A DNA stretch of 64,000 nucleotides. Origin: an uncultured Desulfurococcaceae archaeon (lineage in GTDB: Archaea > Thermoproteota > Thermoprotei_A > Sulfolobales > NBVN01). The DNA lies in assembly GCA_964641155.1 (NCBI GenBank), contig CAZXJO010000001.1, forward strand, positions 232,765 to 296,764, given 5' to 3'. Below the pieces are notes generated by a model that saw only the letters and a program-made list of their open reading frames with translations, did not search any database and was not told where the DNA came from. Of the stretch, positions 1 through 9,088 are shown piece by piece; within the stretch, counting starts at the first letter, position 1; the number at the start of each line of letters is the position of its first letter. Position numbers and translations under genes: made by a program.

Positions 1-1
1 C

Positions 2-217
2 GGCATGTGGATCAACTACGAATACGAGAACGGTACTTACAAGGTGACGACACCGGTTCCTAAGAGGAAGCCTGTCAAGGAGTACTTAAGACTTCAGGGA
101 AGGTTCAGGCACCTGACCGATGAGGACATCAAGAAGATACAGGAACTAGTTGACGCCGAAGTTGGGAGAATCAACAAATTAGTGGGTAAACAGGTAATAG
201 GCCCCGTTGAGGGCTAA
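2..217 (+). CDS. C-terminal fragment of a 2-oxoacid:ferredoxin oxidoreductase beta subunit (gene begins upstream of window)
   Basis: The ORF is open to the window edge. Its tail KEYLRLQGRFRHLTDEDIKKIQELVD resembles the conserved C-terminus of POR/KOR beta subunits (recalled family pattern). Confidence 0.5.
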   Translation, partial: GMWINYEYENGTYKVTTPVPKRKPVKEYLRLQGRFRHLTDEDIKKIQELVDAEVGRINKLVGKQVIGPVEG

Positions 218-226
218 ATACACATA

Positions 227-1015
227 TTAAGACAACAACTTAACAATGTTTTTTAAATACCTAACCATGTTCTTATCCGGTGCTACTTTCCTCTTAGCGA
301 CCTCCACAACGAAGACGCTGGGCTCGAAGTTGTTGTACATGTCCACGACGTCACCACTACTGCTCACCAATAACGTCGGGGCTAGGCTAACCCCGTCCCC
401 AGTATAGCTGCCCAAGTTAATTATAGGTATTGAGTTCTCGACCGCCCTAACTATTAAAACTGACTTGAGGATGTCCTCCCTAACCGGGGTAAGTCTGGGC
501 AATTGAACAGATAAGATGACGTCAGCACCCAAATAATTACATAGCCTTGGAACCTCAGGCACGTTGATGTCCGAGCCTATCAGGGGGCATAACTTAATAC
601 CGCACACGTCTAAGACTTCGACATCTCTACCAGGGCTCACGGTTAAGTTTAGGTCATTCTCGCTCAACACCTTCTTAACGCGGTGAGTCAACCCTTGAGG
701 TGTTATGAGGACTGAGGCGAGGTACTTCCTACTACCGGCTCTGTGGACTACTGGGGTGACCAATAAATATGTCAACACTTTATTGCTTAAGCCTGAGAGC
801 TTATCGATTAAGTCCGATATAGATGCCATGTAAGCGGAGTACTTCTTAGACCCCTTCAACACATCTATGAGCTGGTGTAGGGGTGCTGGCATTACGACTA
901 GTTGAGCGCCCTTACCCTTAGAATCAATCACGAATTCCTCAACACCCCTTATGAAGTCCTTAACACCTATATCTACATTCAGGTGCAGGACCGCTATCGT
1001 TAATTCGCCGCTCAA
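227..1015 (-). CDS. Carbon-nitrogen hydrolase (nitrilase superfamily)-like protein, divergent
   Basis: 262-aa ORF with a TTG start 1 nt downstream of the rgy stop. It shows a CN-hydrolase-like pattern (QLVVMPA, HRVKKVL, KLCPLIGSD..VPE, RAVENSIPIINLG). The first-motif Glu appears absent (PA instead of PE). Confidence 0.4.
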   Translation of the reverse strand: MSGELTIAVLHLNVDIGVKDFIRGVEEFVIDSKGKGAQLVVMPAPLHQLIDVLKGSKKYSAYMASISDLIDKLSGLSNKVLTYLLVTPVVHRAGSRKYLASVLITPQGLTHRVKKVLSENDLNLTVSPGRDVEVLDVCGIKLCPLIGSDINVPEVPRLCNYLGADVILSVQLPRLTPVREDILKSVLIVRAVENSIPIINLGSYTGDGVSLAPTLLVSSSGDVVDMYNNFEPSVFVVEVAKRKVAPDKNMVRYLKNIVKLLS

Positions 1016-1016
1016 G

Positions 1017-4000
1017 CTAGCACCTTAATAAACCGTGATTGAGCAATTCACTATATAATTCGTTGAGAACGTCTGTGTACTCAGCCCCACCGCTCTCAAC
1101 CATATCCATCTTCTTCTCAAGCTCTTTCGTCCTCTCCTCAGACACCAGAGGGCCAAACCGTTTAGTGAGGTAGTAATACACCCCACTACCTAGTTGCGTA
1201 GGTATTAAGTACCCCCTCTTCTTACTTTCTATTACGTAATTACGCTTAAATAAGGTTTCAAGGATCTTAGCGTAGGTACTTGGCCTGCCGATCCCCTCTC
1301 TCCTCATCATGCTTATCAAACTCGCCTGAGTTAACAGCTGAGTAGCCCCCCTCACAACTACCTTAAAGTTATCTCTTGGAACCTCATAATGCCCTTCAAG
1401 CACCAAACCACTGGGTTTGAAGTACCTGTAAAACCTCGTGAACCCGTCGAAGATCACGTCCACGAAGCCTTCGAACACCACGGATGTATCACCCACTTTC
1501 AAGCACCTACCATCGTTAAGGATCAGCGAGACCTCTACTTCAGCCCTCTGCTTCCTAACCACTGCGTGGTTAGACTGACTAGCCATGAACCTATTGAACA
1601 CCAAGTTGTATATGTCTAGATGATTCTTACTTAACCTCACAGGGGATTCTAAGATACCCCCACTCACTAACTTAAGTATTGTCTCGGCGTCTGCAGGCCT
1701 TGTGGGCCTTATACATTCGTGGGCCCCTTCACTACTCCAAACCCTCGGCGTAAAGTAATTAGCTACTTCCCCGCCCAATGTAGCACTCATATACTCCCTA
1801 GCAATCGCTATCCCGACCTCAGATACCCTAGTACTGTCGGTCCTATGGTAGGTTATGAAACCCGTCTCGAAGAGATCTTGTAAGAACTTCATTGCCTGAG
1901 GTGCAGGTATTCGTAGCATTGAAACTATGTCCGATAACAAAGTATCGGTTGTGTAGGGAGGTGGTGGGCTAACCTCTTCAATGCTTACCTGGTTTTTAAG
2001 GACTTTAACTAACACCTTGCTGATCTCATCATCGCTCACATCCTTCAAGTCGTCGGTTAGTGGTATGTCTAAACGTGTGCCGAACAGATTTAAAACCAGG
2101 AACTTCCTCTTACTGTTAACGTAGTCCTCATAACGTTTGACTATCCATCCAAGCACAGGTGTCTGCACCCTACCAGCACTTAAATTCCTATTAAACCCCT
2201 CAACACATCTGGGGTCTGACGCCAACCTTAGATTATCATTGCAGTACTTCTTCCAAAAATCGGTTTGGAGTAGGTAGGAGAGTGAGAATCCTAACCATCT
2301 ATCCTCGATCCTGCGGACTACCTGAGCCTTAACCAGGTTTAAGTCAATGTTCCTCGGATTGCTCAGGGCTTGGAGTATTGCCTTCCTAGTGACTTCGTGG
2401 AATTCAACCCTTCTTACGCTCTCAGCGTAAGGTCTTAGGAGGACGTACACGTCATATCCTATCTTCTCGCCCTCAGTGTCAGGGTCAGTACCGATGAGGA
2501 CTTCATCAACCTCATATGCCGCGTCCCTCATAGAGTTTATCACTGATGCTGCATCCCTGATACTCTGGGAACCACATACGGGACATCTGCTGGCCTCCTC
2601 AGTGAATTGGTAGCCACACTTAAGGCATCTCTTTATAGAAGCATACACGGGCACGAATTTAAATCCACCATTCAAGCTGCTGTGGATTACACCATAAACA
2701 TTTTCCTGACCAACCAAGTTGTTTATCAGGTCGAATACGTGACCACCACTGGCAGTTATCAACAGGGTGTACTTACCTAAGCTAACCTCGTAGACCCTCA
2801 ACCCACTGTAGTCCCGGAGGCTAGGCTTACCGAAAAACCTCGCTATTGTCCTAGCCTTATTAGGTGATTCCACTATGAGCAAAACAGTCCTAGGCTGTGA
2901 GATCTCCTCAGCTGGCCTGCTGATCTCTGACAGACTTACAGCACCTTCCCTTAAAGACCTTATTAGTTTCCTGTCGAAGTCCACCTCACTTATTAACTTA
3001 TCTAAATCCACCTTCGTGATGTCCCTGAACTCGAACTCGTCGACCAGCCACCTGGCCTTCGATTCCAACCCCCTAAGAAGCCTTAAATCATCAACTACAA
3101 CTACTGAAAGTCCCCTACTAATACCACCTGGAAAAAGCCTTGAGGACCTCCCACTAGCCTGTATGTATGTGGCAACGTCTGGGATTAATACATATAGGTT
3201 GCCTCCCTCCTCAACGATCGACACCTCATCACATCTCTTAAGCTCCTCAATCAATTCAGCGTTGGATAGGTATTTCTGAAGCCTCTCATACGCTCTGAGT
3301 AAATCTTCCTCTAATGCTGTCTCAGCATCCCTAACACCGTCTAAGACTTCCTTAGCCCTAATCAGGGCCCCCGGATAGGCGCGGATGAACTTCCTCCTCA
3401 GCGATAGTGTGAGCCTATCAAGTTCGCTCTTCTCACTGGCATCTTTAACAACCGTGCGTATAATTGTGAGAAGCCTTAGCACGTCCTTGGGACTCAATCC
3501 AGTAGTCCTCAGAGGAACTTTATGTCGCGGGACGCCGACGAACACCACATACCTCACTATCTCAGGCAGGTCAATACCCCTAACCAGTACTCCGTAATAT
3601 GTCGCGACCCCTACCAGAACCGATACCTCCCCCCTAATGAATTCGTTCACGAGCTTGACGTTCTTGCTGTGTAGTGCCTCGGACCGAACACCGTTCCTGC
3701 TGATGACCTCAGCTAGGTACTCAGCATACTCAACGCCCTTGTCCACAGGCACGTATATTAAACCACCCCCTCCAAAACGTTTAACGATCCCTACAACACA
3801 TTCTTCGAGGTTGCTACCCTCCGGCGGGATGAGGAAGGTGTCGTAGACATTCCTTAAAAACTCGGGCCTAGCACCTACATCGAAACCCATCAATTCCCTG
3901 AATAGCTTCACTCGGATACCTCTCGGGTTACCCGTAGCGCTCGATATCACCACCACGCTGTTGTTATTCAACCTCTTACTCAGAATCTCTTCTCTTATCT

Positions 4001-4808
4001 TGGAGATGTCCTCAGACTCCGCAGCCCTTAACCCTTTCCGGAGCTTCAGAACCTTCAACGCAAGCTCAATATCGGAGTCATCATACCCGGCTAACCTTAT
4101 AATGATGTCAACTACCTTAGAGCCCCTTAGGACCGCGTCGACATCATCAACGAATATGAACTTAAACTTATGCCTTAGAACCTTCGCGCTGTTCTTCATC
4201 AAGTACCTAGAGGTCGTCACTAGGATGTCGAACTTCTCTCCGTCCTCTAACATCTCCTCCCTCAGGACGCGTTCCCTTCTACCGATCTTTGAATGAATTA
4301 CTAGGTACTTAATGTTGAACTCTTTAGCCCTCCTTACGTACTCTTCGAGCTTTCTCTCTATTAGCATGGCCAGCATCGTAGTGGGGACCATGATGTAAGA
4401 CTTCAAACCCTTGGAGGCATAATACATGGCCATTACGAGGCCGAAAGTAGTCTTACCCACCCCGGTAGGAGCTATCATGGCGAAGGATGCGTTCCTAACA
4501 AGCCTTCGGAACCACATCCTCTGAACGCTCCAGGGCTTACTCCCGACACATCTCTCGAAGAACTCCGCCATCCTCCTAACCTCCTCCTCAGCGGTGTAAA
4601 GCTTTCTGAACTCTTTGATGGTCCCTAATCTCTCCATAAGCTCGATTACCGTTCTAAGGTCGGCACTTCCTTCAACCTCAGGCAGACATCTTGAACACGG
4701 CAACGATTTAGCTAGCCTACTATCGCTTATGACTCCACCGCAGTTAGGACATCCACCAACATACACCCCTATATCAGCAAGCCTCGCTTCGTTATCCGTT
4801 ACAACCAC
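1017..4808 (-). CDS. rgy: Reverse gyrase
   Basis: 1263-aa ORF with a GTG start. It has an N-terminal Zn finger (CPNCGG), helicase Walker A (APTGVGKTT) and a DDVD box. The C-terminal half is Toprim/type IA topoisomerase (ESPNKARTI, GTDPDTEGEKI, active-site context ITYHRTDST). Confidence 0.95.
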   Translation of the reverse strand: MVVTDNEARLADIGVYVGGCPNCGGVISDSRLAKSLPCSRCLPEVEGSADLRTVIELMERLGTIKEFRKLYTAEEEVRRMAEFFERCVGSKPWSVQRMWFRRLVRNASFAMIAPTGVGKTTFGLVMAMYYASKGLKSYIMVPTTMLAMLIERKLEEYVRRAKEFNIKYLVIHSKIGRRERVLREEMLEDGEKFDILVTTSRYLMKNSAKVLRHKFKFIFVDDVDAVLRGSKVVDIIIRLAGYDDSDIELALKVLKLRKGLRAAESEDISKIREEILSKRLNNNSVVVISSATGNPRGIRVKLFRELMGFDVGARPEFLRNVYDTFLIPPEGSNLEECVVGIVKRFGGGGLIYVPVDKGVEYAEYLAEVISRNGVRSEALHSKNVKLVNEFIRGEVSVLVGVATYYGVLVRGIDLPEIVRYVVFVGVPRHKVPLRTTGLSPKDVLRLLTIIRTVVKDASEKSELDRLTLSLRRKFIRAYPGALIRAKEVLDGVRDAETALEEDLLRAYERLQKYLSNAELIEELKRCDEVSIVEEGGNLYVLIPDVATYIQASGRSSRLFPGGISRGLSVVVVDDLRLLRGLESKARWLVDEFEFRDITKVDLDKLISEVDFDRKLIRSLREGAVSLSEISRPAEEISQPRTVLLIVESPNKARTIARFFGKPSLRDYSGLRVYEVSLGKYTLLITASGGHVFDLINNLVGQENVYGVIHSSLNGGFKFVPVYASIKRCLKCGYQFTEEASRCPVCGSQSIRDAASVINSMRDAAYEVDEVLIGTDPDTEGEKIGYDVYVLLRPYAESVRRVEFHEVTRKAILQALSNPRNIDLNLVKAQVVRRIEDRWLGFSLSYLLQTDFWKKYCNDNLRLASDPRCVEGFNRNLSAGRVQTPVLGWIVKRYEDYVNSKRKFLVLNLFGTRLDIPLTDDLKDVSDDEISKVLVKVLKNQVSIEEVSPPPPYTTDTLLSDIVSMLRIPAPQAMKFLQDLFETGFITYHRTDSTRVSEVGIAIAREYMSATLGGEVANYFTPRVWSSEGAHECIRPTRPADAETILKLVSGGILESPVRLSKNHLDIYNLVFNRFMASQSNHAVVRKQRAEVEVSLILNDGRCLKVGDTSVVFEGFVDVIFDGFTRFYRYFKPSGLVLEGHYEVPRDNFKVVVRGATQLLTQASLISMMRREGIGRPSTYAKILETLFKRNYVIESKKRGYLIPTQLGSGVYYYLTKRFGPLVSEERTKELEKKMDMVESGGAEYTDVLNELYSELLNHGLLRC

Positions 4809-5329
4809 CTCAGCCTAACTTAAGTTTCCCTGTTCCCATACTTCTAATATAATTTAATGAATTAATTAATAAGATTAGCAAGTGAAGGATGTTTGAAGGA
4901 GTGCCGGTACCAGCGGTTAAGCCCTACACGTCCGTAGACGCCCTAACTATCCGACGCTCCGGCCGCTTAATGGACTAAGATCAGTCGAGAAGGTTATGGA
5001 TCCTATGGAGCCCCTGCATTCACTTACGTTACCCCTTAAACCATTGCCGAGCAATGCTATGGGTAAAGGATTCAACACGGCATGTATTACGAATACCAAA
5101 CCACCCAAGTACCTGTAGTGACATTAATGGAGGATAGCATTAAATACGTGCTGGCAACGTGGACGTGTGCAGAGTCAGAAACCGATTGCTGGGGAACTCC
5201 ATCAACGTAATTCAGTGAAGAGAAGAGTCCTCACTGTTCAGGAGACCGTCGTCTCAACATCTACTTAACTAACTGGTAGGCGGATATTAAACCTAACCAC
5301 TTTAAAACTCAGTGGAGACAGATCATATG

Positions 5330-5385
5330 GAAAATGATGAGTCTGAAGAGGATGACGGGTGATTTAACCTGTCTCAGCTGAGATA
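5330..5385 (+). ncRNA. Candidate C/D box sRNA (degenerate internal boxes)
   Basis: C box ATGATGA at 5334-5340, 11-nt spacer, D'-like ATGA at 5352-5355, C'-like GTGATTT at 5359-5365, exactly 12-nt spacer, D box CTGA at 5378-5381. No terminal stem is visible. Confidence 0.4.
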
Positions 5386-5388
5386 CAC

Positions 5389-5396
5389 TTTTATAC
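5389..5396 (+). promoter_or_regulatory. TATA-like box for the AOR gene
   Basis: TTTTATAC is centred about 35 nt upstream of the TTG start at 5428, consistent with a short-leader archaeal promoter. Confidence 0.4.
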
Positions 5397-5427
5397 ACTT
5401 TGAGCATTCTTACTTGGTGGGTCATCT

Positions 5428-7254
5428 TTGACCGGTTACGCAGGCCGTGTACTTGATATTGATTTAAGAAATGATAAGGTTAAAACATACAAAGTTGATG
5501 AGAATGTTCTCAGAATGTTCATTGGAGGTAAGGGCTTAGGAGCCAAATTACTTATTGATAACTTAAATGCCGGCGTGAATCCCTTAAGCCCTGATAACCT
5601 GCTAATACTCGTTACGGGACCGCTGACAGGTACCGGCGCACCTACTGCGGATAGGTTCGTAGTGGTTACTAAATCACCTGCAACAGGTTTATTTACTGAT
5701 TCCCATGTAGGTGGTTTCACCGGCCCCGAGATTAAGAAAGCTGGTTATGACGCAATAATCATCAGAGGTAGGGCTCCTCACCCGGTGTATCTGTGGATTA
5801 ATGACGAATCGGTTGAGGTAAGGGATGCTTCGGACCTGTGGGGCTTGACAGTGAGTAAGACCGTGGACGCTGTCAGGGCGTTAACAGACCCTAAGGCACA
5901 TGTCGGTGTTATAGGTCCTGCCGGTGAGAGGCTGGTTAAGTATGCATGTATAGTTTTTGATAAAGAGGAAGAGAGGAACGGTATAGCTGCTAGAGGAGGA
6001 CCCGGCGCGGTGATGGGGGTTAAGAACTTAAAGGCGATAGCTATTAAAGGGTCGCATAAGGTAGAGGTGGCAAATCCGGAAGGGTTTCGGAAAGCAGTTT
6101 TAGAAGCTATTAAGTCCATTAATGAGAACCCCTTCATACCGCTTAGGAGGAAGTATGGAACCCCTTACTGGGTTAAACCCATGAACGAACATGCGATTAT
6201 CCCATCACTTAACTTTCGGAGGGGGTCTTTAGACGGTGCTGAAAAGCTCTACGCGGACTACATGCGGAACACATACGTTGTCAGGGACATGGCGTGCTCC
6301 AACTGCATAATAGCCTGCAGTAAGTTGAGTAAGGTTACTGTGGACGGGCAGGAGATCTACGTCAGAGGGCCTGAATACGAGACCATAGCATTGCTAGGAA
6401 CTAATAACGGTGTAAAAGACATTGCCGACGTTGCGAGGGCCGTCTATCTATGCAACGAGTTTGGGTTAGACGCCATTTCGACGGGGAACGTCATTGGCTG
6501 GATCATGGAATGCTGTGAAACCGGTATTGTAAAGCTCGACGAATGTGAGGGGCTTAACATAAGGTTCGGCGACCCAGAAGTCCAGAGAGAACTCATAAGG
6601 AGAATAGCTTTCAGGGAGGGGTGGCTGGGTAACCTACTTGCTGAGGGTGTTGCCAGGGCATCTAAGGTCGTTGGTAGGGGTTCTGAGAGGTTTGCGATGC
6701 ATGTTAAGGGGTTGGAGCTACCGGGCTACGATCCCCGCAGCTCCAAGGGAATGGCTCTAGCATACGCTACATCGGATAGGGGCGGTTGCCATCAGAGGGC
6801 TTGGACGACTAGGGCGGAAATTGAGGGGAGGATACCTCGATTCTCAATTGAGGGTAAGGCCAGGTTCGTGAAGGAAGTGCAGGATGAAAGAGCTGCTGCT
6901 TTCTCATTAGTTATCTGCGACTTCGCCCCAACACCGGTCGTCGAAATGTTGAGGAATGCCACAGGATTCGACTACACTGTGGAGGAATACCTAAAGTGCG
7001 GCGAGAGAATATGGAATTTGATCAGAGTTTTCAACTGCAGAGAGGGCATAAGTAGGAAGGACGATACGTTGCCGGCTAGAATATTTGAAGATCCCTTACC
7101 TGACGAAGCCGCCAAGGGAGCAGTACTCACACGTGAAGAATTCAACAGGATGTTGGACGAGTACTACATGCTTAGGGGCTGGGACCTCAGAGGAATCCCA
7201 ACAAAGGAGAAGCTACGTGAGTTAGGCCTGGAATACCTAACCGAATACGTCTAA
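5428..7254 (+). CDS. aor: Tungsten-type aldehyde:ferredoxin oxidoreductase family protein
   Basis: 608 aa. An in-frame TGA at 5401 forces the TTG start at 5428. AOR-family N-terminus MTGYAGRVLDIDL, Fe-S ligand-like CSNCIIAC, and typical length. The subfamily (AOR/FOR/WOR) is not resolvable by eye. Confidence 0.85.
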   Translation: MTGYAGRVLDIDLRNDKVKTYKVDENVLRMFIGGKGLGAKLLIDNLNAGVNPLSPDNLLILVTGPLTGTGAPTADRFVVVTKSPATGLFTDSHVGGFTGPEIKKAGYDAIIIRGRAPHPVYLWINDESVEVRDASDLWGLTVSKTVDAVRALTDPKAHVGVIGPAGERLVKYACIVFDKEEERNGIAARGGPGAVMGVKNLKAIAIKGSHKVEVANPEGFRKAVLEAIKSINENPFIPLRRKYGTPYWVKPMNEHAIIPSLNFRRGSLDGAEKLYADYMRNTYVVRDMACSNCIIACSKLSKVTVDGQEIYVRGPEYETIALLGTNNGVKDIADVARAVYLCNEFGLDAISTGNVIGWIMECCETGIVKLDECEGLNIRFGDPEVQRELIRRIAFREGWLGNLLAEGVARASKVVGRGSERFAMHVKGLELPGYDPRSSKGMALAYATSDRGGCHQRAWTTRAEIEGRIPRFSIEGKARFVKEVQDERAAAFSLVICDFAPTPVVEMLRNATGFDYTVEEYLKCGERIWNLIRVFNCREGISRKDDTLPARIFEDPLPDEAAKGAVLTREEFNRMLDEYYMLRGWDLRGIPTKEKLRELGLEYLTEYV

Positions 7255-7315
7255 CATAACGGACCTTTTAAATTAAGGTTATTAAGTTGTAAACGCTGTA
7301 TTGTCGGGTTTGGCT

Positions 7316-8053
7316 ATGCCATTATGCCGTGCGGTACATCCCAATGCGAAAGTCCTTATCACATTATTACGTGTATTGGGCAACATGGCCGACGAGGCTG
7401 AACTGATAATTAACACGGATGAAGTCGTCATAAGAGCTTTGGACCCCGCCAGAGTATCGCTGGCGGAGATCACCATACCCTCATCGACGTTCATAGAATA
7501 CGACGTCCCCAGTGAAATGTCAATAGGGTTGAACCTGAATAGCTTGGTGAAGAGCGTTCCGAAACCTAAGAAAGGTGATAAGCTTACATTCACAGCTATG
7601 GAAGATTTCTACGAACTCGTTTTGGAGGGGGGTACGAGGAGGAGGTATAAGTTCAGGTCCATTGAGGTTTCACCTATAGGGATCTCCGAGTTAAACCTTG
7701 ACTTCAAGGTGAGGGCAGTTGTGTTGTCGTCGGCTTTCAGAGATGCCATCAAGGACTTAGAGGGTAGTGAGGGTGTTGAGTTCATAGCTGAGTCAACAGA
7801 GTTTCTACTGCTTAAGGCGCGGGGCCTAAACGCCCAAGCCAAGCTGTCTAAGGCCGCCGGTTCGCTAATAGAGTTAGAGGTTAAAGAACCCTCCAAAAGC
7901 GTCTACGATACCGACTACTTGACTAAGACCGTTGACCTCTTAAACATGCCTGACATGCTTGAACTAAGCTACGGGACCGACTTACCGGTGTCAATAAGTT
8001 TTAGGTTAGTCGACGATACCATAATTAAATATTTGTTAGCACCGAAGGTCTGA
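7316..8053 (+). CDS. pcn: DNA polymerase sliding clamp (PCNA)
   Basis: About 245 aa. The N-terminus ..AVHPNAKVL.. matches the PCNA start pattern (..VYPNAK..), and Dp..RV is present (ALDPARVSL). An alternative TTG start lies at 7301. A TATA box TTTTAAATTA sits at 7266-7275. Confidence 0.9.
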   Translation: MPLCRAVHPNAKVLITLLRVLGNMADEAELIINTDEVVIRALDPARVSLAEITIPSSTFIEYDVPSEMSIGLNLNSLVKSVPKPKKGDKLTFTAMEDFYELVLEGGTRRRYKFRSIEVSPIGISELNLDFKVRAVVLSSAFRDAIKDLEGSEGVEFIAESTEFLLLKARGLNAQAKLSKAAGSLIELEVKEPSKSVYDTDYLTKTVDLLNMPDMLELSYGTDLPVSISFRLVDDTIIKYLLAPKV

Positions 8054-8104
8054 AATAATAAATTTTTAAAGTTCTGAAGATCAATAGTATTCACGGAAGA
8101 GTTT

Positions 8105-8563
8105 ATGTCTGCAACAGATGAATTAGACCCTGTAGATAAGGAACTACTTAAGATCTTGCAGGATAACGCGGACCTAACGTACGCGGATATAGGTAAGCTC
8201 CTAAACTTAAGTCCCTCAACGGTTTATATGAGGATTAGAAGACTTAGGGAGAGTGGGTTAATAAAGAGAATCGTAGCTGAGGTCGACCCCGCCAAACTAG
8301 GCTTTAAGTTGAGGGCTTTGATATTCCTCGATATCGATGTAAAGAAATACTCCAAAGTCGTCGACCTGATAAAGGAACTCCAACAGGTTAAGGCTATTTA
8401 TGACGTTACTGGGGAGTGGGCTTTAGTCCTAGAAGTTCTTGTAAGAGATCATAAGGAGCTGTCGGACTTGCTCGATATGATAGGTGGTATCGAAGGTGTT
8501 TACTCAACATCAACCATGATCGTGTTGAGGACTATTAAGGAAGAGCGTAAAGTAGCGCTATGA
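8105..8563 (+). CDS. Lrp/AsnC family transcriptional regulator
   Basis: 152 aa with an N-terminal HTH (DKELLKILQDNADLTYADIGKLLNLSPSTVYMRIRRL) plus a C-terminal RAM-like domain. Confidence 0.85.
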   Translation: MSATDELDPVDKELLKILQDNADLTYADIGKLLNLSPSTVYMRIRRLRESGLIKRIVAEVDPAKLGFKLRALIFLDIDVKKYSKVVDLIKELQQVKAIYDVTGEWALVLEVLVRDHKELSDLLDMIGGIEGVYSTSTMIVLRTIKEERKVAL

Positions 8564-9084
8564 ACTCCACAGTCAAACCAATCCACGCTCAAGGAACATT
8601 CGTAGTATGTGAGAACGGATATGTAACACAGGAAGTGATCTTTGACTACGTCGATGAAGGCCTATACTACTGGAACTTACTGAGGGATGAGGACAGGTTG
8701 AACGAGGAGTTAAGTTTGGCGGCCACTAACATGCAGTCATTCATAGATGAGGAGGTTGTCAGGATTAACGGTAGGAGGGTCTCCCCTAATGTTGTGGGGG
8801 TCGACCTAGGCTTTAGAGGTTCTGAGAGCAGACCATACCTAACTTTCCACATAATTTTTAAAGGTGATTTAAGGAGAGGGGTGAACATCTACGAAGATGT
8901 TTACGAACCCGAATACGTAGAGTACGACTACACGGTAACTTGGATATTCACTGGGAATCTTAGGGTTTTAAAGGCTTACTTAGGGGTGGAATACGACATA
9001 CTGGCAGATGGGAGGATACTCGTCTTCTCAGCATTTAAAGGCTTTAACACACCCGGGTACGAGAAAATCGAGTTTAAGCTGTAG
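8560..9084 (+). CDS. Hypothetical protein, translationally coupled to the Lrp gene
   Basis: 174-aa ORF whose ATG overlaps the Lrp stop (ATGA). No recognisable motifs and no TM segment. Confidence 0.5.
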   Translation: MNSTVKPIHAQGTFVVCENGYVTQEVIFDYVDEGLYYWNLLRDEDRLNEELSLAATNMQSFIDEEVVRINGRRVSPNVVGVDLGFRGSESRPYLTFHIIFKGDLRRGVNIYEDVYEPEYVEYDYTVTWIFTGNLRVLKAYLGVEYDILADGRILVFSAFKGFNTPGYEKIEFKL

Positions 9085-9088
9085 CGTC

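Noticed and set aside
1389-4818. Seven plus-strand ORFs (67-134 aa) inside the reverse gyrase locus
   Set aside because: They lie antisense to, and almost entirely within, a 1263-aa gene with clear helicase and topoisomerase motifs (the last ORF extends 10 nt past the rgy start). Their Ser/Leu/Thr-rich, low-complexity translations are typical of antisense frames.
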